Positions 51,400 to 64,000 of a DNA stretch of 64,000 nt are shown here, piece by piece; the stretch's first letter is position 1, and each line of letters opens with the position of its first letter. The stretch is from Eledone cirrhosa (Eukaryota): contig OZ024743.1 in assembly GCA_964016885.1 (NCBI GenBank), positions 229,648,001 to 229,712,000 of the forward strand, given 5' to 3'. The notes under the pieces were generated by a model. That model was not told the origin of the DNA and ran no database searches. It was given only the letters and a program-made list of their open reading frames with translations. The position numbers and the translations under genes are program-made.

Positions 51400-52040
51400 T
51401 GCCACGAGAGTTGCAACAAATGTAGTGTCTTAGAAGAGTTGCTGAAAAATGAGTAATGCAGAGAAACTTCGAATGAAGTACACACAAATGATGAAATAGA
51501 CGGAGGAATACTATAGAAATATTACAAAAAGAAGTACCGGAAATCAAAGATCGCCTAATCGCCGAAGACAAAAGATCCTTGCAAAATACAAATAATCTTT
51601 CGTTATGAAATGCAGCAGTGATTTCTTTCTAAAAAAAACAATTTATTTTTCTTTAAACCCAAACGATTCTCATCAAGAATTAAACAAAAAAAAACAACAA
51701 AAAAAAAACAACATAATAGATATTACAGTGTAATGCAAGAGAAGTAGCATGATTCGTTGAGAGGAAAATAAACAATAGGATAAATCACCACGAGCAAGAA
51801 TGTTTAAAACAACAAAGTGTAAAAGTAAAACAGTCTAGAAAAGAAATAAGAACACAAGAAGTAACCCCAAAAGTAGAGAAAATACAGACACGAGCACAAC
51901 ATCCGGAAATGACAAAGTGATAAACCTCTGGCTCAAATATATAACTGATTGTCAGAAAGTTATTGTAAAGATATTCAACAGTAAATTGAAAGAACTAAAA
52001 ACACTTGAACGAATGTTTTACTGAGAGAAGCCAACGACCA
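51400..52040 (+). pseudogene. Very degenerate R4/Dong-like RT fragment
   Basis: SGNDKVINLWLKYITDCQKVIVKIFN resembles SPGPDGVQGYWIKNITSLHPKLTTMFN. Confidence 0.4.
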
Positions 52041-52077
52041 ATCAATGATTCGAGATGGCAATGTACCCCACTACCAC

Positions 52078-52293
<216 letters not shown>

Positions 52294-52955
52294 CGGCGCA
52301 TGGATTCGGTAAAACAATTGTCCTCAAATGCACTTTGATGAAAATTATATCATACACAAAATCGAGTGAAGAAAAACACATAACAATATGATAGACTTAC
52401 TACAGATAGAAATTTACAAAGGTTTGAAAGGCAGTATTTGAAGAAGGAAGATAACGAGCCGGAACAAGTACTGAAAGAAGGAATTTGTAGTTTACTTGAA
52501 GCATTGTATATATGGTATAAAGAATTCCAAGATGGAAAGCCACGACAATGCAGGTTTGGACGGAGAAAATTAAAACGTAAGAAACAACGTTTTTTTTTTT
52601 TTTTTTACATTAATTTAATCATTTTTCCTGTTACTTCAAGATTAATATCTATACTTCCGTGGAAAATAAAGGAGCTAATCTAGTGTCCGATGTGGCTTGC
52701 TACACCATGCTGGTCGGAAGGGCATATGAATAAATTAAGGTAAAAAAACAAACCCTACTTCTTACGTTTTAATTTGTCTCAATCCGAATTCTTTAAGTAT
52801 TGAAAGGTATTTTATCCACCCCCTAACTATTCTGGTATTGCACCACCCTATGACAATCCGTAAGACCGAGGAACATGCAATAACAAGAGGACATAGAATT
52901 TGTGGGAATGTATATCTCCCTCTCTCACTCACTCTGTCACTCTCTCTCACTTTCG

Positions 52956-53002
<47 letters not shown>

Positions 53003-53006
<4 letters not shown>

Positions 53007-53202
53007 AAGTATGAATCCCGACGGCAGAGCTCAAGCCGTTTCGACGGCTATTTCTGGACTATTTATGTCCAGAAATAGCCGTCGAAACGGCTTGAGCTCA
53101 GCCGTCAGGGTCATAATATTTCCTATTTCCCACTCTACTACCCTAAGTATTGAGTAATCTGGTTCGTTATGATCCATCTGATTCCTTACCACAATTCCTT
53201 TG

Positions 53203-53290
<88 letters not shown>

Positions 53291-53318
53291 CAAAGGAATT
53301 GTGGTAAGAAACCAGATG
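53003..53318. mobile_element. Small fold-back derivative of the U3:A8-hammerhead family, plus an inverted terminus across (TA)n
   Basis: gagctcaagccgtttcgacggctatttctggac-tatttat-gtccagaaatagccgtcgaaacggcttgagctc. Confidence 0.85.
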
Positions 53319-53458
53319 AAAGTCTATGAAAATCGAGAATTCAAACATCTTCACTCAGAATCTTGTAATCAAGAAATTATTGAATCAAATATATTTTAAT
53401 GGAAACTCTGTCATTTATGACGGGTTCTATATATTATACATATGTAAATGTATGTGTG

Positions 53459-53490
<32 letters not shown>

Positions 53491-53924
53491 TATATACATA
53501 TATATTCATTATATATATATATATATATATACATACATTATATATATATATATATATATATAAGTTAAAACAATGAAATAAAAAATCAAGTTATTAGAGA
53601 TATATTGCTTTTGAAAACAGCTGGTGATATGCATGTAAGTAAATATTCTCTCTATCTGATATTTTGTAACTAACCTTCATAGATCAATAACGAAGTATAG
53701 CTACAATGTATTATCATCATCTAGAAACGATCGTAAAGCAGTGAAGTATGTCTCTAATGACTTGATTTTTTATTTCATTGTTTTAACTTATATCATGACT
53801 CTGTTTTCCATTTAATGTTTTATTGTTTTCCGGGATTTATCTTAACCTACAACACTTTCAACATATGGATTACATTGATTTCTTCATGCAGAATAGACCC
53901 CACAACTTACCGTGGATATCTCTG

Positions 53925-54026
<102 letters not shown>

Positions 54027-54769
54027 CATATATATATATAAAGAAAACGGAAGTTAAAGTATGAACGAAACTGATGAGAAATTTTCGTCACTCTCTTTTG
54101 AGTGGAACAAATTATTTTATTCCTGGGGTTTCTAATTCAGTTTGAACGTCCCAGTCTAATAACTCCAGGAGAAATAGTGGGAGTGAAAAGACATAAAAAC
54201 AACGAGAAAAATTGGGCTAAAAGTGTAGAAGAACAAATAATAAATGACAAAATCTGAAAATGAGAAATGAAGCTAAAGGCGTTATATTTGAAACATTCAA
54301 CTTGAATTTAATCACTTTTAGACCCATTGTTGTTAGCAGACAAACACCTCGCCCGCCTGTCTTTATTTATGGATTTGCTTATTTCTTTATTTACTTTTTC
54401 ATATATTTATATTTATGTTTGTCGAGTTGTTTTGAAAAATTAATTCGTTGTTTGTTTATTTGTTTGATTAATTAGCTTTTAGGGAGGAGGGTGTTGTATT
54501 GTAGTGTTGTTGTGGTATGTTGTCTTTTTATGGTGCTGTGCTTGTTGGGTTGTATAGTGGTATGGTTGGTTGGTTCGTTGGTTGGGGGTAGAAGCAAAAC
54601 GTGGTGCTAACTGAGTTCGGCTTATTGTTGTTGTTATTGCTGTTGGTGGTGGTGACGGGGTGTTGTATGTAGTGGTGGTGGTGGTGGTGGCGGTGTAGGC
54701 GTTGGTATTGGTAATGTAGAGGATGGTCATTGTTGTGATATAGGTGGTGGTGTAAGTGGGGGTAGCATC

Positions 54770-54960
54770 ATGGTGGTGCGATAGTGGTGGTGCGCTAGTT
54801 GTGGTGCAGTAGTGGTAGTAGGCGTGGTGGTGCGATAGTGGTGGTGCGGTAGTTGTGGTGCAGTAGTGGTAGTAGGCGTGGTGGTGCGATAGTGGCGGTG
54901 CGGTGGTTGTGGTGCAGTAGTTGTAGTAGGCGTAGTGGTGCGATAGTGGTGGTGCGATAG
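54770..54960. repeat. Minisatellite, ~54-bp unit, about 3.5 copies
   Basis: gtggtggtgcgatagtggtggtgcg.tagttgtggtgcagtagtggtagtaggc repeated. Confidence 0.8.
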
Positions 54961-56561
54961 CTGTGGTGCTAATGAATCTGACATTGTAGGTTATGATAAT
55001 AGTGGTGTTGGTGATGATGTAGCAGTGGTAATGATGTGATGTAGTGGTGTTGGTGTGATATGATGATCTTGTGATGTGGTTGATGTTATTGTTGATGTTT
55101 AGGAACATATCAACTCTATTGGAAGATATATATTATTAACCTCATTTCAGCCATGACTACTCCGGGATTTGAACTCAGAAAGCTGAATCCAATAAAGGTG
55201 CTTTGGATTGGTAGTATCGCTAAAAGGTTAAACAAGATGACTTATGTTATTTATTCCGGCTATTTCTGTTCTAAGTTCTTGGGTAGGCTTTTTAAAATGC
55301 CCTCGTTCATACCCAACTGTTGGTCCCCGGTTTCCTTAAAAAGGAGAGCCCCCCCCCCCTTCTCTCCATTGTGTGCATTTGGGCCAGATGTCAGGTTTGA
55401 GGACAACTTCCTACCTTCCTTCCACCTGTCGCAGGTATCTTTAATGGGTCATGGATGCTATTATCTTCCTCTGACTAAGAGGGGGAAATATGTTACAGTT
55501 ACCGTCGTTTCATTTAACCACCGGTTAGCCATGAACAAAGGAATTTAGGCCATAACCATATTGTCTTATTGCAAATTAGGAAATGCATTTCCCAGTCAAC
55601 AAGCTCCTTATTTAAGGTGGTGCATGTAATTTGACAGAGATTCGCAGAAAGAGCGACCGTTTGAAAGCTCCTAAGCTGGCTCACAACAATCTTCGTTTGC
55701 CAACATCACATTAAAATTGAACGTCTTCACATTTAATTACTGCAAACTTTCATAACGATGTGTTCACAAGTAAATATACTATAAACATCTGAATTAATAG
55801 ACTCATTTTAGATATTTTCTGCTTAATCATTACCGCATGTTAAAAGGTTAACACTTCTATTTCTATCTTTCTGCCAGAGTAAGTAAAACACATTGCAAGC
55901 GAGATGTGTTAAGTGTCCTATCCATCTATCGGTCATTAACTCTTGATAATGACATAGATTGAGCCGTCTTGGGCATTTTAAACCTGATGGAGCTCATCAC
56001 TTTCCAAGTCTAAACAAAACCTATTTATTCAAAGACAGAGAGAAAGACAATGAGAGTGAGAACCAACCACAGTACTGGAATGATACTTTATTTACTGAAC
56101 ACGAAATGATAAAAGACCAAATTGACTTTGGTCGGATTGGAACTCTGCGTGCAGAGAGCCGGAACGAATACCGCAACTCATTCTATAAGTGTCTCATTAC
56201 TTCACAAAACAAGAATGATAAGGTTAAACATGTGTATTTCTAAATAACTCAATTTCTACAAATCTAAGCCATTCGAATGTGAGATCGAAGAAAAGTATGC
56301 AAAATCTTTGAATGAATAATTGTCTAATACAACAGAAAATAATATGGCATCTTCTAGTCCATTTTACGGTTGAAAGATTCTTACATTTTGAATGAAATAT
56401 TTATGGATGAAAGACATGGAGTAGTAAATATGATGATACAAATGTAACAGGATGCATACATTTCCGATAAATCACAGCTACACTTGCTGCACACATACGT
56501 CCTGACATATCGATTGTAGGACACAGAACACTTCCCATCACATCACCTCAACCACCACCAC

Positions 56562-56619
<58 letters not shown>

Positions 56620-56968
56620 GTGGATTGGCAGTATCGATAGAGGGTCGGATGCCATGCTTTTCAGCATAGAGTTACTGCTCTTTACGTTCTGAGCTCAAAT
56701 CCCACCAGGTTAACTTTGTCTTTCATCCTTACGGGGTCGATAAAATAAAGCACCAGTAATGCACTGGAGTCGATTTAATCAACTTTCGCCTCCCCTATAA
56801 TTGCTGGCCTTGTGGCTATAGTAGAAATCATTTGAGTTACGTCCCTTTACGGACTGAGTTCAAATCCCTCCAAGGTTACTTTGCCTTTGCCTACGGAGTC
56901 GATAAAATAAAATACCAGTAATGTACTGGGTGATTTGCTGGCCTTGTGCCAAAAGTAGAAATAATAAT
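56620..56968 (+). repeat. tRNA-derived SINE followed by a second partial copy, after (ATT)n
   Basis: ggattggcagtatcgatagagggtcgga..gagctcaaatccc..gtcgataaaataaa..ctggccttgtg. Confidence 0.75.
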
Positions 56969-57289
56969 TATTATTATTGTTGTTGTGAAAGTATAACACC
57001 GTCACAATAATTTGGTGACTACTACTGCCCAAGTCAAAGGACACGCTCCAGTGATTCTTTAATTGATCTAATCAAGAAAACGTGAAGAAACTAGGAAAAA
57101 TAGGAAAAATAGAAAAAGGAATAAATAAAATAAAATAGATAAATAAAAATCTATGCAACAAATTTCTTTCACCGAGAGTAAATGTGAAATTGTCGCTTCA
57201 GTTGTTACAACTTTGTAACCTGGAGGTCTTTATACTTTTACAAGTTGTTGTTGAGTGAGATTAGCAAGAGAGTGTAGAAATGTGGCCAT

Positions 57290-58150
57290 GTTAGGTCGTT
57301 ATAGTGTATAGCCGTGTGACTTAGTGATAGCATTTGGAAGTGTTGATAGTGTATGGCAGTGTGACGTGCTCATAGTGCACGGCTGCGAGACGTGCTGATA
57401 GTGTATGGTACTATGATGTGATGATAATGTATGATAGTATGATGTGGTGATAGTGCATGACAGTAAGACGTGGTGATAGTGTATGACATAGATGTGGTCA
57501 TAGTGTATGGCTGTGAGACGTGGTGATAGAATATGTCAAATAAGTGGTGATAGAGTATGGTACTATGATGTGGTGATAATGTATGGTACTATGATGTGGT
57601 CATAGTGCATGACAGTAAGACGTGGTGATAGAGTATGTCAGAGATGTGGTGATAGAGTATGGTACTATGATGTGGTGATAATGTATTGTACTATGATGTG
57701 GTGATAGTGTATGGTACTATGATGTGGTCATAGTTTATGGTAGTATGATATGATAGTGCATGGCGGTTAGACGTGGTGATAGATTATGGCATAGATATGG
57801 TGATAGAGTATGGTACTATGATGTGGTGATAGTGTATGGTTGTGAGACGTGGTGATAATGTATGGCATAGATGTGGGGATAGTGTATGGTAGTATGATGT
57901 GGGGATGGTGTATGGTATTGTGATGTGGTGATAGTGTATGGTAGTATGAGGTGGTGATAGTGTATGGCTGTGTGATGTGGTGATAGAGTATGGCATATAT
58001 GTGGTGATAGTGTATGGTATAGATGTGTTAATAGTGTATTGTATAGATGTGGTGATAGTGTATCGCAATGTGACGTGGTCAGAGTGTATGGCCTTGTAAC
58101 GTGGTCACAGTATATGGAAGAAAAACATGATGATAGTGTATGGTCATGTG
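57290..58150. repeat. Minisatellite of mixed 23/26-bp units (GTGGTGATAGTGTATGG core)
   Basis: About 30 diverged tandem units. Confidence 0.9.
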
Positions 58151-58544
58151 ACATTACCATACACTAACACCTAGTCATACTGTCATAAATCGTGCAATAT
58201 ATACCTTCAGCCTTGCCCAAACATTGTAACCAGTTTAAAAATCACCCGTAACATACGAACTCAAAGCACATAACCATATTGGAACACGACATATTTGTAT
58301 CGCAATTAAACCTTCTGTATTCGATATTATCGCCAAACAAATCGAGGAAGAAGAGCATTTCACAACCTTAAAATATTACGAATCTTACAAGACCACATCC
58401 AACAAACAGTTACACAGTCAAACGAATACATTCAAACGTATCAACATGCATACACCAACACTGACCTTTTCTCCGCTACACACACACACACCTAAGCACA
58501 CACACAAACATGCATACATACATACATGCATATATACATATATA

Positions 58545-58901
<357 letters not shown>

Positions 58902-58908
58902 TACATAC

Positions 58909-59518
58909 ATGGTGGCTGCCAACTCGTTTTCGAGTACGGCCACTACTTTATATCCATGTAGGAGAACCCCTACCGATGCGCTGAACGAGTGTGACTTTTT
59001 AGTCCAGCCAGCGACTTGAAAACTCTGGTACAAACACTACACTTATGACAATTATTGACACATAGTGCTGGGCCCATGGTACCATGTGACGACAAGTGCA
59101 GAGAGATCTCCAGATATAAAGCAATGCCTGTGCCGTGAAGCTTTTATAGTGAGCAAAGGCACTGCACAAAGCCAGTCCCACTCTCTTAACCAAGATGATA
59201 TTTACCAAAAAGAAGAACAAGTCAACATCATTGGATACCATCAGAGTTGCAGGTGTTATATCAGAGTTTTCCTTCTCCTAGAATTCTGCCTTGACAAAGG
59301 CTAAGGGGTCATCTCTCCTGGTGATTTTGGATGGCCATTGACTCTTAAAAGCTCCTTTGCCCTTTGACAGGTTTTGGTTTTAATCCTGCAGGATGTCCAA
59401 AGCCACCCTCCTCACCATGAAACCTTGGTGGGGTTGCCAGTTTAGTCGCCAACGACCCGACCATGAGACAGGTTGTACTGGGATACATGTTACCAGTAGC
59501 ACCAACTGGTGACCTGAC
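58909..59518 (-). mobile_element. Non-autonomous bipartite RTE-like retroelement, full-length copy in (TATG)n
   Basis: Same termini as 44895-45502; TACA repeats on both sides. Confidence 0.78.
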
Positions 59519-59553
59519 ATAAACATACATACACACATACATACATACATACA

Positions 59554-59586
<33 letters not shown>

Positions 59587-60014
59587 GCATACTTACATAC
59601 ATATACATATGAACACTCTCCGCCGCACAGATTCTCACACTCCTCCATAAACACCATTTTACTCTTTACATCACTATTATGCAGATATACTCAAACACAT
59701 ACATTAATCATACTCAAACACATAAATTAATACGACCAACATATCCAACATTTACATCAACAACTAACATATACACGTATATTTTATAAGCATTACACTC
59801 TCTTCTGCGTTTGCCTTTATGCATACATCATCCTCTTTATATTAGCGCGCATTCTTTTATCTCTGCGAAACTTTGTGATACTCACACAAATACACAAGTA
59901 CACTTATACACAAACAAGTATACGTTTAATATTCAAACCAATGGGCGCATACTCATGTAACCAGTTTCTCTCTCACACGCACATATAATATATGTCAACA
60001 CACACATACATCGC

Positions 60015-60200
60015 ATTGGCAGTATTGGTAGAGTTTCGGACGCCATGCTTTGACGCATAGAGGTACGGCCCTTGCCATTGTGAGTTCAAATCCCGCCGAG
60101 ATTAACTTTGCCTTTCATCCTTACAGGGTCGATAAAATAAAGTACTAGTAATACACTGGGATAATTGCTGGCCGTGTGCCAAAAGTAGAAACAATTATAT
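60015..60200 (+). repeat. tRNA-derived SINE
   Basis: TGGCAGTATTGG A-box-like, GAGTTCAAATCCC B-box, shared body; another copy starts at 63940. Confidence 0.75.
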
Positions 60201-61164
60201 ATTATAACAGGCATTGCTCTCTGTTTTCTGAATACATTCTCCTCATTATATAAGAGCACATACGCATTTATGTCTGCGAAAATTTGTAATACACACACAC
60301 ATGGGCATGCACACATTCATACAAGTACACAAACAACCACACGTTCAACATTTAAACCAATGCGTACGCACATCTGCATCCAACCGCACTCTCCCCTCTC
60401 ATGCACACAGAAGACGTGAAAACACACACATATAAAACCACACAACCACACAACCACGTAATTACACATACACAAACAACGATACGTTCAACATTTACAA
60501 CACAACACACGGCCGTGCACACACACACACACACACACACACATGTATATATATATATTCACACACATACACTCGCACACATGCATCCAGTTATTTCTTC
60601 TCTCTCGTACACATAATACAACCATGTACTTCACATATATTCACACACATAGACACCTCAACCTACCCCAATCTGAAGATAAATCAGATTAAATCCAAAT
60701 TAAGACAGATCAACAGTGTTAACATATTGTGCAAGACGGTGGTGGGGAAGGAGATGTAAGGGAGTGGGAACGGCTTCGCTAATCTTCATTTCGAAAAAAG
60801 GAAAAAAAATCCATTTTGGGGTTTAAGTAAAAAATAAATAAATGAATAAATTAATAAATAAATAACTCCTTTTCTAGGTTTTCCTTAATATTTTTAATAT
60901 AATACCAGGTTTCCAACCCGCCTTTTGCTTTCCCTTCCGACCTGGACCCCACCTGAGTGTCTATGTATGTTTGTATGTTTTTAGGTATGCATGTATGTAT
61001 GTATGTATGTATGCATGTATGTATGTATGTATGTGTATATGTATATATGTATACATAAACGCGCACACACACATAATACATGTATGTATAAATATATACA
61101 TATATTGCTATGCATATATATATACGTACATATCTCTGTCTATCTCACTCTTTCTCACTCTGTG

Positions 61165-61226
<62 letters not shown>

Positions 61227-61406
61227 TACATGTGCTTTTGCTGAAAATTAATCCGGTTTGGGAATATAGATTTTGGAATTTGTCTTCTTGAAATCTTTGA
61301 AAATATGTTCTTGTTATAATCAACTCCGTCGTCAGAACTGTCTTGCATTTCTTTAAATACGACAGACACGCCCTACTCCTTTGCATTTCGTTCTTTTCCC
61401 GCTTTC

Positions 61407-61469
<63 letters not shown>

Positions 61470-63296
61470 CGTAGGTGCATGAACCACCGTGTGTTTAATG
61501 AGTTCCCTTCATAATCCCGTGATTCTGGGTTCGGTCCCTGTGCACAGCAAGTAATAAGTGATATAGGAGGGGAATTGGCAGATTTATTAGAGCATTGGAT
61601 TAAGTATTTTATCTGGCTCCCTTGTTTCTTACCTCAAATGCCATCTAGGTCCACTTTGCTTCTAATCCTTTTAAGGTTGATAAATAATGTACCTGTCTTG
61701 GGCTAATGGATTGACAGAATTGTTAAAGAGCCACATGGGATGTTTTGTGAAATGTGATCAAGCGTTTTGTGTTCTGAAATCGAAATCCGCCTCCTTGTGT
61801 CAGGATTTTCAGCTTGCACATAGTATCAGCAATGATCAAAACTAAACACACAGCTTCCTAGGTTCCATCTGATGAGTCGTCTTTATTTATTAGTATTTAT
61901 TCTAGTTCATAATATGAGATTCGTTCCTCGTCAAGTCTAAACGAGGTTTGTTACAGTTATTGTTTTTCATATATTCTTCGGCTAAAGATATTTTAGCCAA
62001 AGGCGGTGGATCCGATGCTGAGTTTGCTACTGAAAGAGTTAGCATTGATTAGGTCTAGTTGTTATTTTCTCTATATTTAGGTAAGTAATGTTTCCCAGCG
62101 AATAGCTGCTGTTAAGACTAAAGAAATTCAGTAGTTCACAAATATGATAAAGGAATAAATAAATCGGTCTCAGTCATATTTTCATTCTCGTATAAAGCCT
62201 GACTGTTCAAAATTTGTAACAAATCATATTCTCTCAAGATGAGTTATCTAAAACATAAGTTATCTAAAACAGGGATGGCCAGAAAAATAAATAGACCTAT
62301 CATCAAAGACATTCTTTTCCTAGACATATTATGCAGAACTAGATTATTTGATACTTTCCCCTATATTAAAGGTAAAGGCAGTAAGCTATGATTTGGGGGG
62401 AAATTGGCAGCTATTTTTATCGGGTGGAGAGACCATAAAGAGGCTGCCCTGTTAACTCGTTTACAAATCCATTTTTCAAAAATAATCAGACCTGACTATC
62501 AAGCCCTTCTACAAAGTTATGCGAGGAATATCGAGATACTAAATTATCGAGTATTACGTTCGGTGTCTACGCTAGCTTCCGGGATATAACATACCATACT
62601 GACATGCCATGCGTAAGAATGTTTCTAGACAGTAGAAAAGAAACGAAAGGAGATAAATATGGGAAATAGAAGTCAGTGGGGAAAGAAGAAGTTAGCAGGA
62701 TTTTTTAAAATACCGGTTATTCAAATTGCTTGAGAGAATTTATCAAGCTTTCCTGAGAAACGAAGATTCTATACCTTCTTATCTCATTATTAATGTAAAA
62801 CGTTTGCAATGAAGCCCTACCTTGGTATAAAAATCCATCCCATTCCCGCCAACCAAGATAAGGGAACAGCCTATTTCGTTTTAAGTAAGGCTTTACGAAA
62901 TGATGCAAAAAAAAAATATATATGTATATGCCTCATGACATCTTCCAAGCCGACAAGTATGTTACTGATGATGATGATGATGAAAGCAAGAAATAAAGAA
63001 AGAAAGAAAGAAGAAGAAGAAGAAGAAGAAGAAGAAGAAGAAGGTAGTGGTGGAGGTCGTAATAATAATAGTGTCATTTTCCTCGTAAAATTATTTTCCT
63101 CGCTAAATTACTGTTCGACACCCTTGGCATGAGAACATTGGCTGTCTGGTTAAGGAATTCGGTTAGTAACCATAAGATTCCAGGGTCAACTCCACAGCGT
63201 GGCACCTTCAGAAAGTTGACCAGAGCTTTGTGAGTGAAATTTCATAAACAGAAACAGTGAGGAATCCCATTGTACATGCATACATACATACATATA

Positions 63297-63550
63297 TATA
63301 TACAATGATATTAAATAAATGGAAACTATATTTATAAAACCATATTCTATTATATATATTTCAAGGGTACCAAAATTTTGGTACCCTTGAAATATATATA
63401 ATAGAATAAATATGGTTTTATAAATATAGTTTCCATTTATTTAATATCATTGTATATAATACCCCAGAAAACTTGTCGAGTGCTCTGAATCAGTTATAAA
63501 CATTTATATTTGTTGAACTACCAACAAATTGTATATCCCTTCTGCTTACA
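63297..63550. mobile_element. Fold-back PLE-like terminus (third family), axis 63375/63376
   Basis: ~78-bp arms around TTTCAAGGGTACCAAAA|TTTTGGTACCCTTGAAA; flanked by (TA)n. Confidence 0.8.
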
Positions 63551-63576
63551 TATATATATATATATATATATATATA

Positions 63577-63846
63577 CTATCCGGGAGCTTCCAGCAGACA
63601 TGGTCGTATTCTTTTAAGGGTATGTCAATATTTGTTTATAAAACTGATCTGTATTATATTTTATCTGATAAAAGCGCACCATAATTTGCTTTGATATCCT
63701 TGAAATATGTATAATGAAATAAATATGGTTTTATAAATATAGTTTCCATTTGTTAATATCGTATTTTTACTCTAAATATTTGTTGAGTGCTTTATATCAA
63801 TTATAAAAATATTTGCTTGTTGTATCCAACAAATTAAATATAACTT

Positions 63847-63852
<6 letters not shown>
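63577..63852 (+). mobile_element. Non-folded diverged copy of the same family with a decayed hammerhead (63655-63720)
   Basis: CTGATAA-AAGCGCACC..GATATCCTT-GAAA-TATGTA; downstream sequence matches 63381-63550. Confidence 0.6.
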
Positions 63853-63879
<27 letters not shown>

Positions 63880-64000
63880 ATGATAATAATTATAATAGTA
63901 ATAAACGAAAGCTATATACTTTATTTATTTCATTATATAGAGGGCTGGACGCCATGCTCTCAGCAAAGAGTTACTGCCCTTTATGGTCTGAGTTCAAATC

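Noticed and set aside
57290-58150. CRISPR-like array
   Set aside because: No unique spacers, eukaryotic context and no cas genes
61860-61950. CTGATGA-containing segment as a hammerhead (also 35695 and 54071)
   Set aside because: No closing stem II followed by GAAA and a stem III

Overview
Eukaryotic, gene-poor window dominated by repeats. The microsatellite load and SINE types suggest a coleoid cephalopod such as octopus (inference). No host gene can be supported. Bases 1-14.9 kb are an array of non-LTR retrotransposons joined through (ATT/TAA)n tracts: two Tx1/L1-like APE-RT LINEs on + and two R4/Dong-like RT-RLE LINEs on -. Further on lie two near full-length Penelope-like elements (PLEs; RT + GIY-YIG) at 23.3-27.5 kb and 41.2-44.9 kb, many PLE-terminus fragments inserted in (TA)n, ~610-bp non-autonomous RTE-like elements, SINEs, minisatellites and a 200-N gap. 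The most striking signal is RNA structure. About nine hammerhead-ribozyme motifs from several families can be folded by eye, including a U3:A8 core variant. In three unrelated families, fold-back or inversion junctions fall inside hammerhead stem II. The RTE-like non-autonomous element also starts with a possible HDV-like nested pseudoknot. All folds were done by eye and no database searches were run.
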